From contig CBEUCH010000004.1 in the NCBI GenBank assembly GCA_965541585.1, positions 64,001 to 128,000 of the forward strand: a stretch of 64,000 bases of DNA, written 5' to 3'. Within the stretch, counting starts at the first letter, position 1, and the number at the start of each line of letters is the position of its first letter. This DNA comes from an uncultured bacterium. Its GTDB lineage: Bacteria; Zixibacteria; MSB-5A5; UBA10806. The notes beneath the pieces are model-generated. The model saw only the letters and a program-made list of their open reading frames with translations, ran no database searches and was not told the DNA's origin. A program made the translations under genes and the position numbers. Positions 1 to 10,015 of this stretch are shown in pieces.

Positions 1-286
1 CAGCGTTCAAGCCTTTGATACATTGGACGCCCTTGTTGGTTGGATGTTGTTTATCGGGTATCACTCCGAGGATCCGCCCGGTCTTGTCCGCCTTGATTAT
101 AGTGCCGCAACCTACCCCGCAATAAGGACACTGGCTGATCAAGCTCTGGGCGACCGGTGAGAGCTCGCCTACTTCCGCCAGCAGTTTCTCCGGAGCGAAA
201 ATAGCCGAACCCAGTCCCAGAGCGGTCGCGCCGGCAACCGAACCCCTCAAGAAATTTCTTCTGGTAACTGATCCCTTTTTCGGCAT
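1..286 (-). CDS. Tat-exported molybdopterin oxidoreductase catalytic subunit (NapA/FdhA-like), 5' part only; not in ORF track
   Basis: Manual translation from ATG at 286: MPKKGSVTRRNFLRGSVAGATALGLG... (twin-arginine signal), then CPYCGVGC and HPTNKGVQCIKG, the N-terminal [4Fe-4S] motif of nitrate reductase/formate dehydrogenase. Frame is open to the window edge. Confidence 0.85.
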   Translation of the reverse strand, partial: MPKKGSVTRRNFLRGSVAGATALGLGSAIFAPEKLLAEVGELSPVAQSLISQCPYCGVGCGTIIKADKTGRILGVIPDKQHPTNKGVQCIKGLNA

Positions 287-293
287 GGCAGAA

Positions 294-2816
294 CTACTCC
301 TTCCCTTGCTTTATAAATGCAATAACATCATTGACCTCTTTGCCAGTGAATTCAGTGAGACCACCGCCACCCCTCATCATCGAACGCATAGCCGACTCAT
401 GCCGTCCCAATGACATTGTCGCCTGCAAGTACCCCACAGACGCCGCCTTGACAAAATCCGGCCTCAGCAGATCCGGGGCAAAAGAGCCACTGTGATGGCA
501 TTGGCTGCACTGCCTTTCATATACCTCCGCGCCTATTTGCGGCGTGCCGACAACGTATTTGGGGCCTATTTCATCCTCATCTTTAGTGCGAAGATAGTTT
601 ACTATTCCCATGGCGGTATTCATATCGATTTCAACGAAACCGCCCCTGCCGAATTTTTTCATCTCGCTTCCGTCGCGACCCGACATCATCATGGCAATTA
701 TGAAACCGTCGGAGGTCATCTCCAGGAAGCCCGGGCGGCCTATGCCGGGACCGTTACCACCGCCACCCCCGGGACCGTGACATTGCGCGCAAAAACGATT
801 GAAATCGTCTCGTCCGTTAATACTCTCGCCCGGTATGGTGCTGATTCCGACGAAAACCGGAGGATTATCTTCGAATGTTCTTATATAAGCGACAATATCA
901 TTTATCTCTTTCCTGGTGAGATCGACTGTACCGTCCCGCCCTTTTAGATTTCCTTTCATCGGAGATCCGGTACGTCCGTATGCAATCATCTCCCATATAA
1001 ATTCGTCGGATGCCGTCTTGAGAAAATCATGTGAGGTTATAGACGGTCCAACGTAGCCTCGACCTGATTCCCCATGGCACTGCGCACAGATTCTATCGAA
1101 CAGTTTCCTGCCGTTGAATTCAGAGCCATTGATTTTCATACTTGTTGTGCCGGTAACCGGTCCTCGATATCCGGAACGTAAAAACGAGACGATATCGCCA
1201 AGCGACTTTGCTCCCAGATAATTATAGCTCCCCATCGCCGTCCCGCGTCTGCCTCCGGTTAATGTCGCATGCAGGAACCTGCTATTGGCGAAGCGCAGGA
1301 ATTCGGGAGAATTCAAGGACGGCCCTATACCTCCCTCGGCGTTATCGCCATGGCAGGATGCACAATTTTCAGAGTAGACTTTTTGTCCCGTTCTCGCGGA
1401 GCCGTTTTGAATAGCGCGTCGGAACGAGGCGTAACTAATAACAGGATAGCGCCAGGAATCCATATATTCCAGCAGGTCGGCCAGGTCATATCTGGAGAGG
1501 AAGTTCCAGGCGGGCATGGCGGTGCCGGCTCGGCCTTTGATAATCGTTTCGTAAAGCAGCCGGTTATTCATAAGGGAAAGAAGCTGCGGCGATAGGAGCG
1601 TCGGCCCGATCATGTCCGTCTCATAATCGCCGTCGATTCCGTGACAACCGGCACAATTAGAATTGAAAATAACCCGCCCGTAGCCGACCTCACCTTTCGT
1701 CTCAACTACTTCTTTATAAGCAGGAGCTTTTTTTCTAAGAGACAACACATATGATGCTATCTTGTCGATTTCAGGATTCGATAATCCTCCACCCCGCCCC
1801 CAGGCCGGCATGATCGCAGATCCGGACCCCGAAATTATGGCGCTCAAAAACGCCTGGTCAGCAATCGCCAAAAACTGCGGGTTGCCAAGAGCCGGTCCCA
1901 TCTTGCCGAGTTCCGTGTAATTTGTTCCGCCGCCTTCCTTGCCGTGACAGGCGGAGCAATAGCTCATATAGAGATCGCGTTTTGTCTCCTCTATTGTTCC
2001 GGACGAGGCTATCATGCCTTCGGGGATAGAGAATTCCTGAAACGACTTCATGTAGACTGTCAGGTTTAATGCTTCCTGTTCGGAAAAGCCATAATCTATC
2101 ATTCCCGATGAATCCGGCTGGATTTTCGGTTGATATACCGACTCGAAAATAAAAGCCATGTTAACATTGCCGTCAAAGCGATCTATATATTCATCCGCGT
2201 TATCGGGATGAGGACGTTTCAGATGGAATGACGCCTGGCCGATTGTGGTAAGATCAGGCCCCAGAGAACCACCTCGTCCACGCACTTTATGACATCCCTG
2301 GCAGCCGTTTTCTTTAAAAAGCCGTTCACCTCTCTGGTACGCGCCGGAGAGTTCCGGCATATCCGATCTATGGCAGCGGGCGCAATTGGCCTCCAAAAAC
2401 GGCGGCATTAATACCGGTTCTTCCCAGAATTCGATAAAATGGCTGACAGCGTGCTCGAAATCGGTGGCGCGCCCCTGTCCGTCGTGACAGATCGTACATC
2501 CGAAAATATTCAGATCGTGTTTTTCGAGATAGTCACCCGGATGGGTTTTTAACGGGTTATCGAGCTCGACAGCGCGCGGGTCGGTTATGGAGACGTGACA
2601 GATTACGCAACGGTCGATCTTATCTATTTCCGGCAAGACCAGTTGACGATAATCTATTTTGAACTCAGATCCCGAATCTGTATCTGACACGAAATCGGAG
2701 TATTGACGCTGATAACTTTTCCATTCCGGGGTGAGAAACTCGGCGGCGGCCCCGATCAGAAGTAACACAATTACCAGGGAACTGGCCCAGAACATCAGTT
2801 TTTTTGTCGCGTTCAT
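294..2816 (-). CDS. Membrane-anchored decaheme cytochrome c
   Basis: N-terminal hydrophobic helix and ten CxxCH motifs (CVICH, CTICH, CARCH, CQGCH, CSACH, CAGCH, CASCH, CAQCH x2, CSQCH). The C-terminal ones lie in repeated class-I-like domains with GP.L and MP motifs. Confidence 0.92.
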   Translation of the reverse strand: MNATKKLMFWASSLVIVLLLIGAAAEFLTPEWKSYQRQYSDFVSDTDSGSEFKIDYRQLVLPEIDKIDRCVICHVSITDPRAVELDNPLKTHPGDYLEKHDLNIFGCTICHDGQGRATDFEHAVSHFIEFWEEPVLMPPFLEANCARCHRSDMPELSGAYQRGERLFKENGCQGCHKVRGRGGSLGPDLTTIGQASFHLKRPHPDNADEYIDRFDGNVNMAFIFESVYQPKIQPDSSGMIDYGFSEQEALNLTVYMKSFQEFSIPEGMIASSGTIEETKRDLYMSYCSACHGKEGGGTNYTELGKMGPALGNPQFLAIADQAFLSAIISGSGSAIMPAWGRGGGLSNPEIDKIASYVLSLRKKAPAYKEVVETKGEVGYGRVIFNSNCAGCHGIDGDYETDMIGPTLLSPQLLSLMNNRLLYETIIKGRAGTAMPAWNFLSRYDLADLLEYMDSWRYPVISYASFRRAIQNGSARTGQKVYSENCASCHGDNAEGGIGPSLNSPEFLRFANSRFLHATLTGGRRGTAMGSYNYLGAKSLGDIVSFLRSGYRGPVTGTTSMKINGSEFNGRKLFDRICAQCHGESGRGYVGPSITSHDFLKTASDEFIWEMIAYGRTGSPMKGNLKGRDGTVDLTRKEINDIVAYIRTFEDNPPVFVGISTIPGESINGRDDFNRFCAQCHGPGGGGGNGPGIGRPGFLEMTSDGFIIAMMMSGRDGSEMKKFGRGGFVEIDMNTAMGIVNYLRTKDEDEIGPKYVVGTPQIGAEVYERQCSQCHHSGSFAPDLLRPDFVKAASVGYLQATMSLGRHESAMRSMMRGGGGLTEFTGKEVNDVIAFIKQGKE

Positions 2817-2831
2817 TCCCGATTACTCCGC

Positions 2832-4400
2832 TTAATGGACCGGCCATAGCGATGGCCACCAGTAAAAATCCCAGTTCGGGCCTCGATGGACAGTTGCGAA
2901 ATACGTTAAAATCATAAACCCGACAATAAAACAGGTAAATATGGCAACGGCACCGAGGCGGGTTGAGCCGGATCGATTGAGGATCCGAAGAGACCACCAG
3001 ACGAAAGCCCCGGTCAATATGGTTCCGGGATTGATCGCAATAATTATTATCTGCGGAATATTCGGGAACCAGTTGCGCAGCCAGCCGAAAATGATAGTGA
3101 ACGCAAGCATAACGACAATGCAAATCGACGAGAATATAAGAGAATCTCTGAATATTTTTTTCTCGCTCTTATCGGGGAACCACAATCCCGATTCGCCCCG
3201 TGTCCTGTCCAGAAACGGAATAAGGATTATGCCCAATACTGCTATTCCGGGAATTGCCATTCCGCCAATAAATGCCGAATACGATACCAGTTCCTGAAGC
3301 CCCAGAAAATACCATGGGGCCTTGGCAGGATTTTCCGGCACCAGCGGGTTGGCAGCCTCTTTCAAAGGTGCATTGGAAATGAATGACAAAGTAATCACGG
3401 CCGCCAGCATGATGGCGAAAACCGCCATTTCCGCATGGAACAGATGCGGCCATGAGGCTACTGTTTTATTCGGGCCATTATTGACGTTGTTACCGGAGCC
3501 CTTGATAATAGCCATCAGACCATACGTTTTCCCCTCTGTGGGGAATGCCATCTCCGCTTTTTCATCCCTTGGGGTGTTTATCAACATATCTTCAGAGATA
3601 ACCGAGGGGCGCGACAGCCCGCCGTCTTTTCTGATTCGCCAGAAATGAACGCCGATCAAGGCTGTCATGGTTAGCGGCAGGAAAACGCAATGCAGGAAAT
3701 AAAATCTGATAAGCGCCTCCTCCCCCACGACATCGGCGCCAAGCAGAAGAAGCTTTTGCAATCGTCCTATATCAAAAATGCCTGTGATTCCCAGTGCATC
3801 TGTAAGTTCGGTGGGCGAGGCCGCTATCTGAGTCCCGATAGTAGTTGCCCAGTAGGCCAACTGGTCCCATGGCAAAAGATAACCTGTAAATGAAAGAGCA
3901 AGAGTCAACGTGAACAACAGCATACCGATCATCCAGTTGAATTGCCGGGGGAACCTGTATGATCCTGTATAGAAAACTCTTACCATATGAAGGATCACCG
4001 CTATTACCATTCCGTGTGCCGCCCAGCGGTGAACGTTTCTCATCAGCCTGCCACCCGGAACCGCGAAATGAATATCCTTAATGGAATTGTAGGCGCCTGC
4101 TGCGGACGGCTTATAATATATCATCAATAATACACCGGTAACGGCAAGAATAATAAACAAAGCCGCGGTGGCTACTCCAAGGCCCAGCGTAAAAGTTTTC
4201 TTCAGACTATATCTGTGGGTCCGAACCGAATGAATGTGCAAAAACAGATTCCCGAACACCGACTGGGAAACCGCCCGGGCAGATGTTCTTGGCCCGTGGC
4301 GAATTGTCGATTCTTTAAACGACTTCGGGAGCCTCTTTATATTGGCTTTAAATTTCTCAAAGCCACTGATCGAATTTGCCGGCGTCGTTTTATCAGGCAT
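2832..4400 (-). CDS. Cytochrome b of a Rieske/cytb complex (b6-like domain fused to subunit IV)
   Basis: Heme ligands in RNVHRWAAH...ILHMVR and FLH-x14-HFWR; GYLLPWDQ motif; Qo motif variant KAPWYF. Start placed at ATG 4400, overlapping the Rieske stop. Confidence 0.92.
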   Translation of the reverse strand: MPDKTTPANSISGFEKFKANIKRLPKSFKESTIRHGPRTSARAVSQSVFGNLFLHIHSVRTHRYSLKKTFTLGLGVATAALFIILAVTGVLLMIYYKPSAAGAYNSIKDIHFAVPGGRLMRNVHRWAAHGMVIAVILHMVRVFYTGSYRFPRQFNWMIGMLLFTLTLALSFTGYLLPWDQLAYWATTIGTQIAASPTELTDALGITGIFDIGRLQKLLLLGADVVGEEALIRFYFLHCVFLPLTMTALIGVHFWRIRKDGGLSRPSVISEDMLINTPRDEKAEMAFPTEGKTYGLMAIIKGSGNNVNNGPNKTVASWPHLFHAEMAVFAIMLAAVITLSFISNAPLKEAANPLVPENPAKAPWYFLGLQELVSYSAFIGGMAIPGIAVLGIILIPFLDRTRGESGLWFPDKSEKKIFRDSLIFSSICIVVMLAFTIIFGWLRNWFPNIPQIIIIAINPGTILTGAFVWWSLRILNRSGSTRLGAVAIFTCFIVGFMILTYFATVHRGPNWDFYWWPSLWPVH

Positions 4401-4854
4401 GGAAAACCCCTTTTGTTCCGGGTTTGACATAGGAGTTCAGATCGATCTCCACCTGGCCCGAAGGAAGCTGCACTACTTTATGCCAGTTCAAGCCTTTCGG
4501 CGCCGGGCCCTTAGTCACATTTCCTCTACCTCCAAACCTGGAACCGTGACATGGGCAATCAAATCCGCTTCCGGTCCAGGCAACAACGCATCCCAAATGG
4601 GTGCATGTCGTTGATATAGCGTAAATCCCTTCATCATCGGAGAAAACGATTACTCTTTCCTTTTCGAAAGGTTTTACTGTCCCGGCCGGGTAATCCGATG
4701 CCGGTCCCAGTTTAATCTTCTTCGTCTCCTGCGGCAATAGTGTGGGAAGAGTAAACCTGGCCAGCGATGCTATCCAGATTCCGATAGCCCCGATAAACGT
4801 TGCGGGCGCGAATTTCGACAAGAAATCGCGTCTTGATTTCCTTTTTCCCTCCAT
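4393..4854 (-). CDS. Rieske [2Fe-2S] subunit
   Basis: Tat motif SRRDFL, transmembrane helix, CTHLGC and CPCHGS boxes. Confidence 0.95.
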   Translation of the reverse strand: MEGKRKSRRDFLSKFAPATFIGAIGIWIASLARFTLPTLLPQETKKIKLGPASDYPAGTVKPFEKERVIVFSDDEGIYAISTTCTHLGCVVAWTGSGFDCPCHGSRFGGRGNVTKGPAPKGLNWHKVVQLPSGQVEIDLNSYVKPGTKGVFHA

Positions 4855-6693
4855 TTATGGACCCACCTCGCAAAAGGTTACTCTTTCCATAGTCACGGCC
4901 CCGACAGGGCACCGTTCCGCGCAACAGGCGCATCTGATACACGACGTTTCATCCTTAATAATGGCAGAATCATTTTCGGCAAAGCCAATATCCGCCAGCT
5001 TTACCGCGTCGCCGTTTATCTCCAGATCTTCTAAGGATACAATCTTCAAACAGAACTCAGGACAGACGTCCACACAGCCTCCACAGAGAACGCAGGCCTC
5101 TCCGTTGAAAATCGTATTTACGCCGCAATCGAGACATCGGCTCGCCTCGGTAAGTGCCTCCCTGTCGGAATAGCCAATCTCAACAACGGGGTATCCGGAT
5201 TTCAAACGTTCCGAAGGTTCAATTGTGGGGATGTTTTGACGCTGGATCTCTTCGTAGGATGCTTCGCGGGCGTAGTTTTCGATTTCCGTATGATCGATTT
5301 CAAGTTCCGGCTCGAAATCTCTTTCCGGAAGTCCAGCGGCGATGGTTCTGGCTACCTTCTTGCCGTGGGCTACGGCATCAATAACCAACCTTGCACCGTA
5401 GGCGCAGTCGCCTGCGAAAAATAACCACGGCCACTCCGTGCTGCCGTCCTCATTAACATCGACGAAGCCTCTTTCATTTAATTCCACCCCGTCGCGCTCC
5501 GGTCTGATAAACGATAGATCTATTTGCTGGCCTACTGAGAGGACTACGGTATCGCAGCGGATTTCACTGATCTCCTTTTCATCAAAGGTCGGCGCGAAAC
5601 GGCCCTTATCGTCAAGTACAGAAACGCATTTTTTGAATTTAACGCCTGCTATTTTGTCATTTTCAATGATAATTTCGCTTGGCCCGATTGAAATATGTCG
5701 GATAATCCCTTCCTCTTCTCCCTCGAGAATCTCCATCTCGTCAGCAGGCATCTCTTCTAAGGATTCCAGACAGCAAAGGTGGACTTCCCTGACGCCCCTG
5801 ACTCGTTTTGCCTGCCGGGAAACATCGAACGGCTCGTTGCGCAGGATGGTTCTTCCCACATCGTAAGCAACCGACCCTCCGCCTATAACAACAACCTTCT
5901 CTCCCAGTCTAACGTTTTCTCCGAGGCTCACGGCGCGAAGAAATTCAACGCCTCCCAGTATATCATGATGATCCGCTCCCGGCATAGGCAGTTTCCTTGA
6001 GCGCTTGGCTCCAACGGCAACAACAACAGCGTCATACTCCGTGGCGAGCTCGTTCAATTGAATATCTTTGCCAACTGTGATACCGGTTTTGAATTCCACT
6101 CCCAAGGTCTCTATAATTTCAATCTCCGCGGAAATAGTATCGCGTGGAAGACGGTAATCCGGAATACCGATAGCCAGCATGCCGCCCTTAACGTTTTCAG
6201 CTTCGTAAACTGTGGGAGTAAAGCCTAATAACGCCAGGTCATGTGCACAGGCAAGCCCTGCCGGCCCCGAGCCGATTATCGCCACCTTAATAGCGTTCTT
6301 TTTGCCCGGATAATCATAAGCGGTAAGCTCTTCTCTGCTTATGTTTTCGCGGTTTGTTACGTATTGGCGGATGTTTTCCAAAAGCTTTGACCTCTCCTCG
6401 TTACCGTGCCCCTGGAAATATTTTTCGGCCGCAAAACGTTTCAAGGCTCTTATTGAAATAGGCTTATCTATATCCCCTCGCCTGCAATTGACCTCACAAG
6501 GGGCGGCGCATATTCTGCCGCAAATCGACGCCAGGGGATTCGGTCCCCTGGCTATCAAATAAGCGTTTTCAAAATTGCCATTGGCGACAGCACGAACATA
6601 ACCCCTGGCATCCGTACAGACTGGGCAAGCGTCCTGACATTTTATCTGTTTCTGCCAATAGCCGTTATCCGGTATTTCAACACGGTAACTCAT
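4855..6693 (-). CDS. FAD/NAD(P)-dependent Fe-S oxidoreductase (GltD/NfnB/SudA family) with C-terminal 2x[4Fe-4S] ferredoxin
   Basis: CQDACP and ICGRICAAPCEVNC clusters; GSGPAG and GGGSVA dinucleotide motifs; CVLCGGCVDVCP and CIRCACCAERCP. Confidence 0.9.
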   Translation of the reverse strand: MSYRVEIPDNGYWQKQIKCQDACPVCTDARGYVRAVANGNFENAYLIARGPNPLASICGRICAAPCEVNCRRGDIDKPISIRALKRFAAEKYFQGHGNEERSKLLENIRQYVTNRENISREELTAYDYPGKKNAIKVAIIGSGPAGLACAHDLALLGFTPTVYEAENVKGGMLAIGIPDYRLPRDTISAEIEIIETLGVEFKTGITVGKDIQLNELATEYDAVVVAVGAKRSRKLPMPGADHHDILGGVEFLRAVSLGENVRLGEKVVVIGGGSVAYDVGRTILRNEPFDVSRQAKRVRGVREVHLCCLESLEEMPADEMEILEGEEEGIIRHISIGPSEIIIENDKIAGVKFKKCVSVLDDKGRFAPTFDEKEISEIRCDTVVLSVGQQIDLSFIRPERDGVELNERGFVDVNEDGSTEWPWLFFAGDCAYGARLVIDAVAHGKKVARTIAAGLPERDFEPELEIDHTEIENYAREASYEEIQRQNIPTIEPSERLKSGYPVVEIGYSDREALTEASRCLDCGVNTIFNGEACVLCGGCVDVCPEFCLKIVSLEDLEINGDAVKLADIGFAENDSAIIKDETSCIRCACCAERCPVGAVTMERVTFCEVGP

Positions 6694-7118
6694 TTCCTCT
6701 TGCCTTTGGCATTTGAGGGAGTGGATAGGTCGGCAAGAGTCATTTTTTTTGACCTGGTCAGTATCTCTTTTCTAAAACTGCCCCAGGATTCGTGAAAAAT
6801 ACACGAATCTTGCCCTGAACAGCTTTTCAATCCCAAAACACATTCTTCCTTCAGGTTTGTAACGCCGCCAAGAACTTTCAAAATATTATACAGGGTTACC
6901 TTTCCGGGGTCAATCGAGAGTGTCACCCCGCCATTTGGCCCTTTGGTGGAGGTAATGAGCCTTTTTCTCCCCAGATCCGTCAGAACCTTAGCCAGAAAAT
7001 GCGCCGGAATATCAAGTTCACTCGCCACTTCCTTTGCTTTTACAATAGTACCCCTGGGAAGGCCGGCGAGATATCGCAGAGATTCAAGGGCGTAGACGAT
7101 TGACTGAGGATAGATCAT
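6690..7118 (-). CDS. Rrf2-family transcriptional regulator with three C-terminal Cys
   Basis: wHTH with IPAHFLAKVL and STKGPNGG; C-x6-C-x5-C; first gene of the operon. Confidence 0.9.
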   Translation of the reverse strand: MIYPQSIVYALESLRYLAGLPRGTIVKAKEVASELDIPAHFLAKVLTDLGRKRLITSTKGPNGGVTLSIDPGKVTLYNILKVLGGVTNLKEECVLGLKSCSGQDSCIFHESWGSFRKEILTRSKKMTLADLSTPSNAKGKRK

Positions 7119-7197
7119 TTCAGAAAACCCACCTTTAATATCAGACCCGGGTCATCAAATCCAGGCCGGAATCCGAATTTCGGACCCTCAATTCGCA

Positions 7198-7226
7198 AAT
7201 TAACAACTATATGTTTCGCCTGTCAA
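7198..7226 (-). promoter_or_regulatory. Putative sigma70 promoter of the Rrf2 operon
   Basis: Minus strand TTGACA-17 bp-TTAATT. A palindrome TCCGAA-T-TTCGGA near 7172-7184 could be an operator. Confidence 0.45.
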
Positions 7227-7301
7227 GTATTTTCCGATTTCGCATGATCGTTCGGTATTTATTCTGATGAAAGGGCTACACGGGAGGATTCCAGCTTTAG
7301 G

Positions 7302-9200
7302 CTAATCCTCCTCAAGCAGTGTTTCCAGTTCATCAACCAGGCTGCTGAAAAGCTGAATAGTATGTAAAATCGGCTCCGGCTTCGTCATATCAACGCCGGC
7401 GTCCTTTAAGATATCGACCGGATATTTGGAGGAGCCGGTGGAAAGGAATTTCATATAAGTATCAAGATACCCCTGGTCACCATCGACAATCTTCTGCGAC
7501 ATCAGCTGTGCAGCGGCATAACATGTAGCGTATTGATAAACATAGTACTGCCAGTAGAAATGCGGTATGACCATTCCCAGGTTCCCGCTTAATTCATCCA
7601 CCGACAAAGCCTCGCCCCAGTATTTCATGTATATGTCTGAAAACGTTTTCCGGAAATAATCCGCTGAGAAAGCCCCTCCGTTTTCCATATGCGTATGAAT
7701 GGCCAGCTCAAATTCGGCAAACATCGTCTGTCGGAAAAATGTCGTTCGGATCTCCTGAATATAGAAATTCAGCAAAAACATTCTTTGTTTTTTGTCTTTG
7801 GCGCTCTGCAAAAGGTCTTTCAAGAGAACTGCCTCGGCGCAGGTTGAGGCCACTTCCGCAACAAAGATCGAATAACCCGAATAAATGTACGGCTCGGTTT
7901 GATTGACATAAAATGATTGCATAGAGTGACCCATCTCATGAGCAAGCGTAAAGACTCGATCGATCGTACCGTTGTAATTAAGCAGAATGTACGGTGGAGA
8001 AGTATAACTTCCGCCGGAGGACGCGCCGGATCTTTTACCCTCGGTTTCGAAAACATCAATCCAGCCGGAATTGAGCCCGCTTTTGAAATCGCTGATATAT
8101 GGCTCGCCCATCGGCTCCAGACCTTCGATGACCATTTCCATCGCCTGCTCGTAGCTATATTCCGTATTCTGATCGGGTATCAGGGAGACATAAAGATCAT
8201 ACGGATAGAGTGTGTCGTATCCGAGAACTTTCTTTTTGAGCGATGCCCATTTGTGAAGCGGCTCCAGATTGGCATTGACCGTTTCGATTAGATTATGATA
8301 GACGGATAAAGGAATATTATTGTTCGCCAGAGCCATTCCAAGACAGCTTTCATACCCACGGGCTTTCATGTAGAAATTGTCCTTGTTAAGTGCTCCGCCC
8401 AGCGAAGTCGCAATAGTATTGGCATACTTTTCGTACGTACCATAGAAAGCTATATGCGTGTCGTGTCGTACCCGGCGGTCGGTCGATTTGCGTAATTTAT
8501 TGTAACGCTCCTTGGTCAACTCGACCAGACTGCTGTCTTCGTCATATACCGTCCCGAATGACATATCGGCGTTGGTGAGCATTGAATATATCCGGCCGGG
8601 AGAATAAGCGATCGACCCCGACAGCGCCAGGATAGCCTCTTCCGGTGGTGACAGAATATGCTCCTGCTGGCGAATCAGATCTTCAATGTAAAAACGATAT
8701 ATATCCAGTTCTTTCTTTTCGGCCAGAAAAGTCTTTAGCTTTTTGGAATCGATACTGAGCAGTTCCGATTCCATAAATGATGAGGCGTGGCGAAACTTCG
8801 ACCCGAGCGCCCTTATCCTACCGGATAATTCCTGCCAGGAGTTAACACGAGTATCCTCGCTCAATTTCCGCCCGGCGTACGTGGAAAGATTGTCTGCAAT
8901 TATACTTATTTCTTCATTTAGTTTGAGACATTCATACAGAATATCTCCGGATTCCCCTAAACGGCCTTTGTAGCTTTCCAGACGCGCATAATTATTTTCG
9001 ACAAAACTAAAATCATTTTCCCAAGCCTCGAGATTCGGGTACATTAGTTCCAGATTCCATTTGTATTTATCATCGATATCCGAACGCTGCGGAATCTTTT
9101 TGGTTTCAGCCATAAGGCGGGCAGGCGATGTTATCATCACCGTCAGCAGAATAATTGAAATTATTCCGATACGAAATGACCTTGGTTGGTTCATGAGCAT
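7302..9200 (-). CDS. pepF: Oligoendopeptidase F (M3B) with signal peptide
   Basis: KYKWNL start motif, WIDVFETEGKRSGA, HEMGH zinc motif, AEVAST, PHFY, YVYQYA. Start codon uncertain. Confidence 0.92.
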   Translation of the reverse strand: MLMNQPRSFRIGIISIILLTVMITSPARLMAETKKIPQRSDIDDKYKWNLELMYPNLEAWENDFSFVENNYARLESYKGRLGESGDILYECLKLNEEISIIADNLSTYAGRKLSEDTRVNSWQELSGRIRALGSKFRHASSFMESELLSIDSKKLKTFLAEKKELDIYRFYIEDLIRQQEHILSPPEEAILALSGSIAYSPGRIYSMLTNADMSFGTVYDEDSSLVELTKERYNKLRKSTDRRVRHDTHIAFYGTYEKYANTIATSLGGALNKDNFYMKARGYESCLGMALANNNIPLSVYHNLIETVNANLEPLHKWASLKKKVLGYDTLYPYDLYVSLIPDQNTEYSYEQAMEMVIEGLEPMGEPYISDFKSGLNSGWIDVFETEGKRSGASSGGSYTSPPYILLNYNGTIDRVFTLAHEMGHSMQSFYVNQTEPYIYSGYSIFVAEVASTCAEAVLLKDLLQSAKDKKQRMFLLNFYIQEIRTTFFRQTMFAEFELAIHTHMENGGAFSADYFRKTFSDIYMKYWGEALSVDELSGNLGMVIPHFYWQYYVYQYATCYAAAQLMSQKIVDGDQGYLDTYMKFLSTGSSKYPVDILKDAGVDMTKPEPILHTIQLFSSLVDELETLLEED

Positions 9201-9343
9201 GCTTCCTTTGCTTGAATGTTGTTTGATTCCAATCATGATGTCGATAATATATGAAAATCCCGGCTATAATAAAAAGTGTTTATTAGCATTAAATCTCATC
9301 TGACCCAGCTGCCACCAGCGGGGACACCAGGTATTGGGGGCGA

Positions 9344-10015
9344 TCATCTCCGTTTTTCCTTCAGACGCCGAGCTTCATTCAGATGCAGAAAGCAATGCCG
9401 GGTGGGTGGCATTAAGAGCAGGCCCGCAATATCGCGCCCGCCCCAGTAGTCGACTATGCTTTTACCTTCCTTCAGCATAGCTTTTTCATCCCATATCCTT
9501 TTCAGGCGGGAAGGCTCAACTCTGTGCTTTAAATCCCCGGGCTTTAATTTTCTGACTAATTTTCTCGTACTCAAGGCTACTGCTATACGATACGCCTTTA
9601 GCGCCTCTATATCGATTCCGGCGCTAAGCCCGGCTATTTCTTTGTCATACATTCCGTTGCCGGTATGACGGTTCCTGGTCTTCATCTGCTTCAACCAGTC
9701 ACCCATATTGATGACCTGCTGATTATCAGCTATCAGCAGATTCATAGTGACATCTTCGATACGGGCCAGATGCCAGATTATCCAGGCGATGGAGTGGTTA
9801 TAGTTACGGGGGATTCGTCGAATAATCCCTTCCGATATATCCTGCAAAACTTCGTCTTCGAATGAATACAATCCAGACCTCGACATCCCGGCCGAATGTA
9901 CCATGGCGTGTTGACTCAAGAATAATTCAATTGCCTCTTGATGATTATCCGAGCTTGAAAGGGCGTGCCTTAATGCTTTCTGTTGTGGATTCCATAATTT
10001 TCGATTAGATTCCAT
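9344..10015 (-). CDS. DinB/YfiT-like metal-binding protein
   Basis: SIAWIIWHLARIED and C-terminal H-x3-H pattern. Confidence 0.7.
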   Translation of the reverse strand: MESNRKLWNPQQKALRHALSSSDNHQEAIELFLSQHAMVHSAGMSRSGLYSFEDEVLQDISEGIIRRIPRNYNHSIAWIIWHLARIEDVTMNLLIADNQQVINMGDWLKQMKTRNRHTGNGMYDKEIAGLSAGIDIEALKAYRIAVALSTRKLVRKLKPGDLKHRVEPSRLKRIWDEKAMLKEGKSIVDYWGGRDIAGLLLMPPTRHCFLHLNEARRLKEKRR

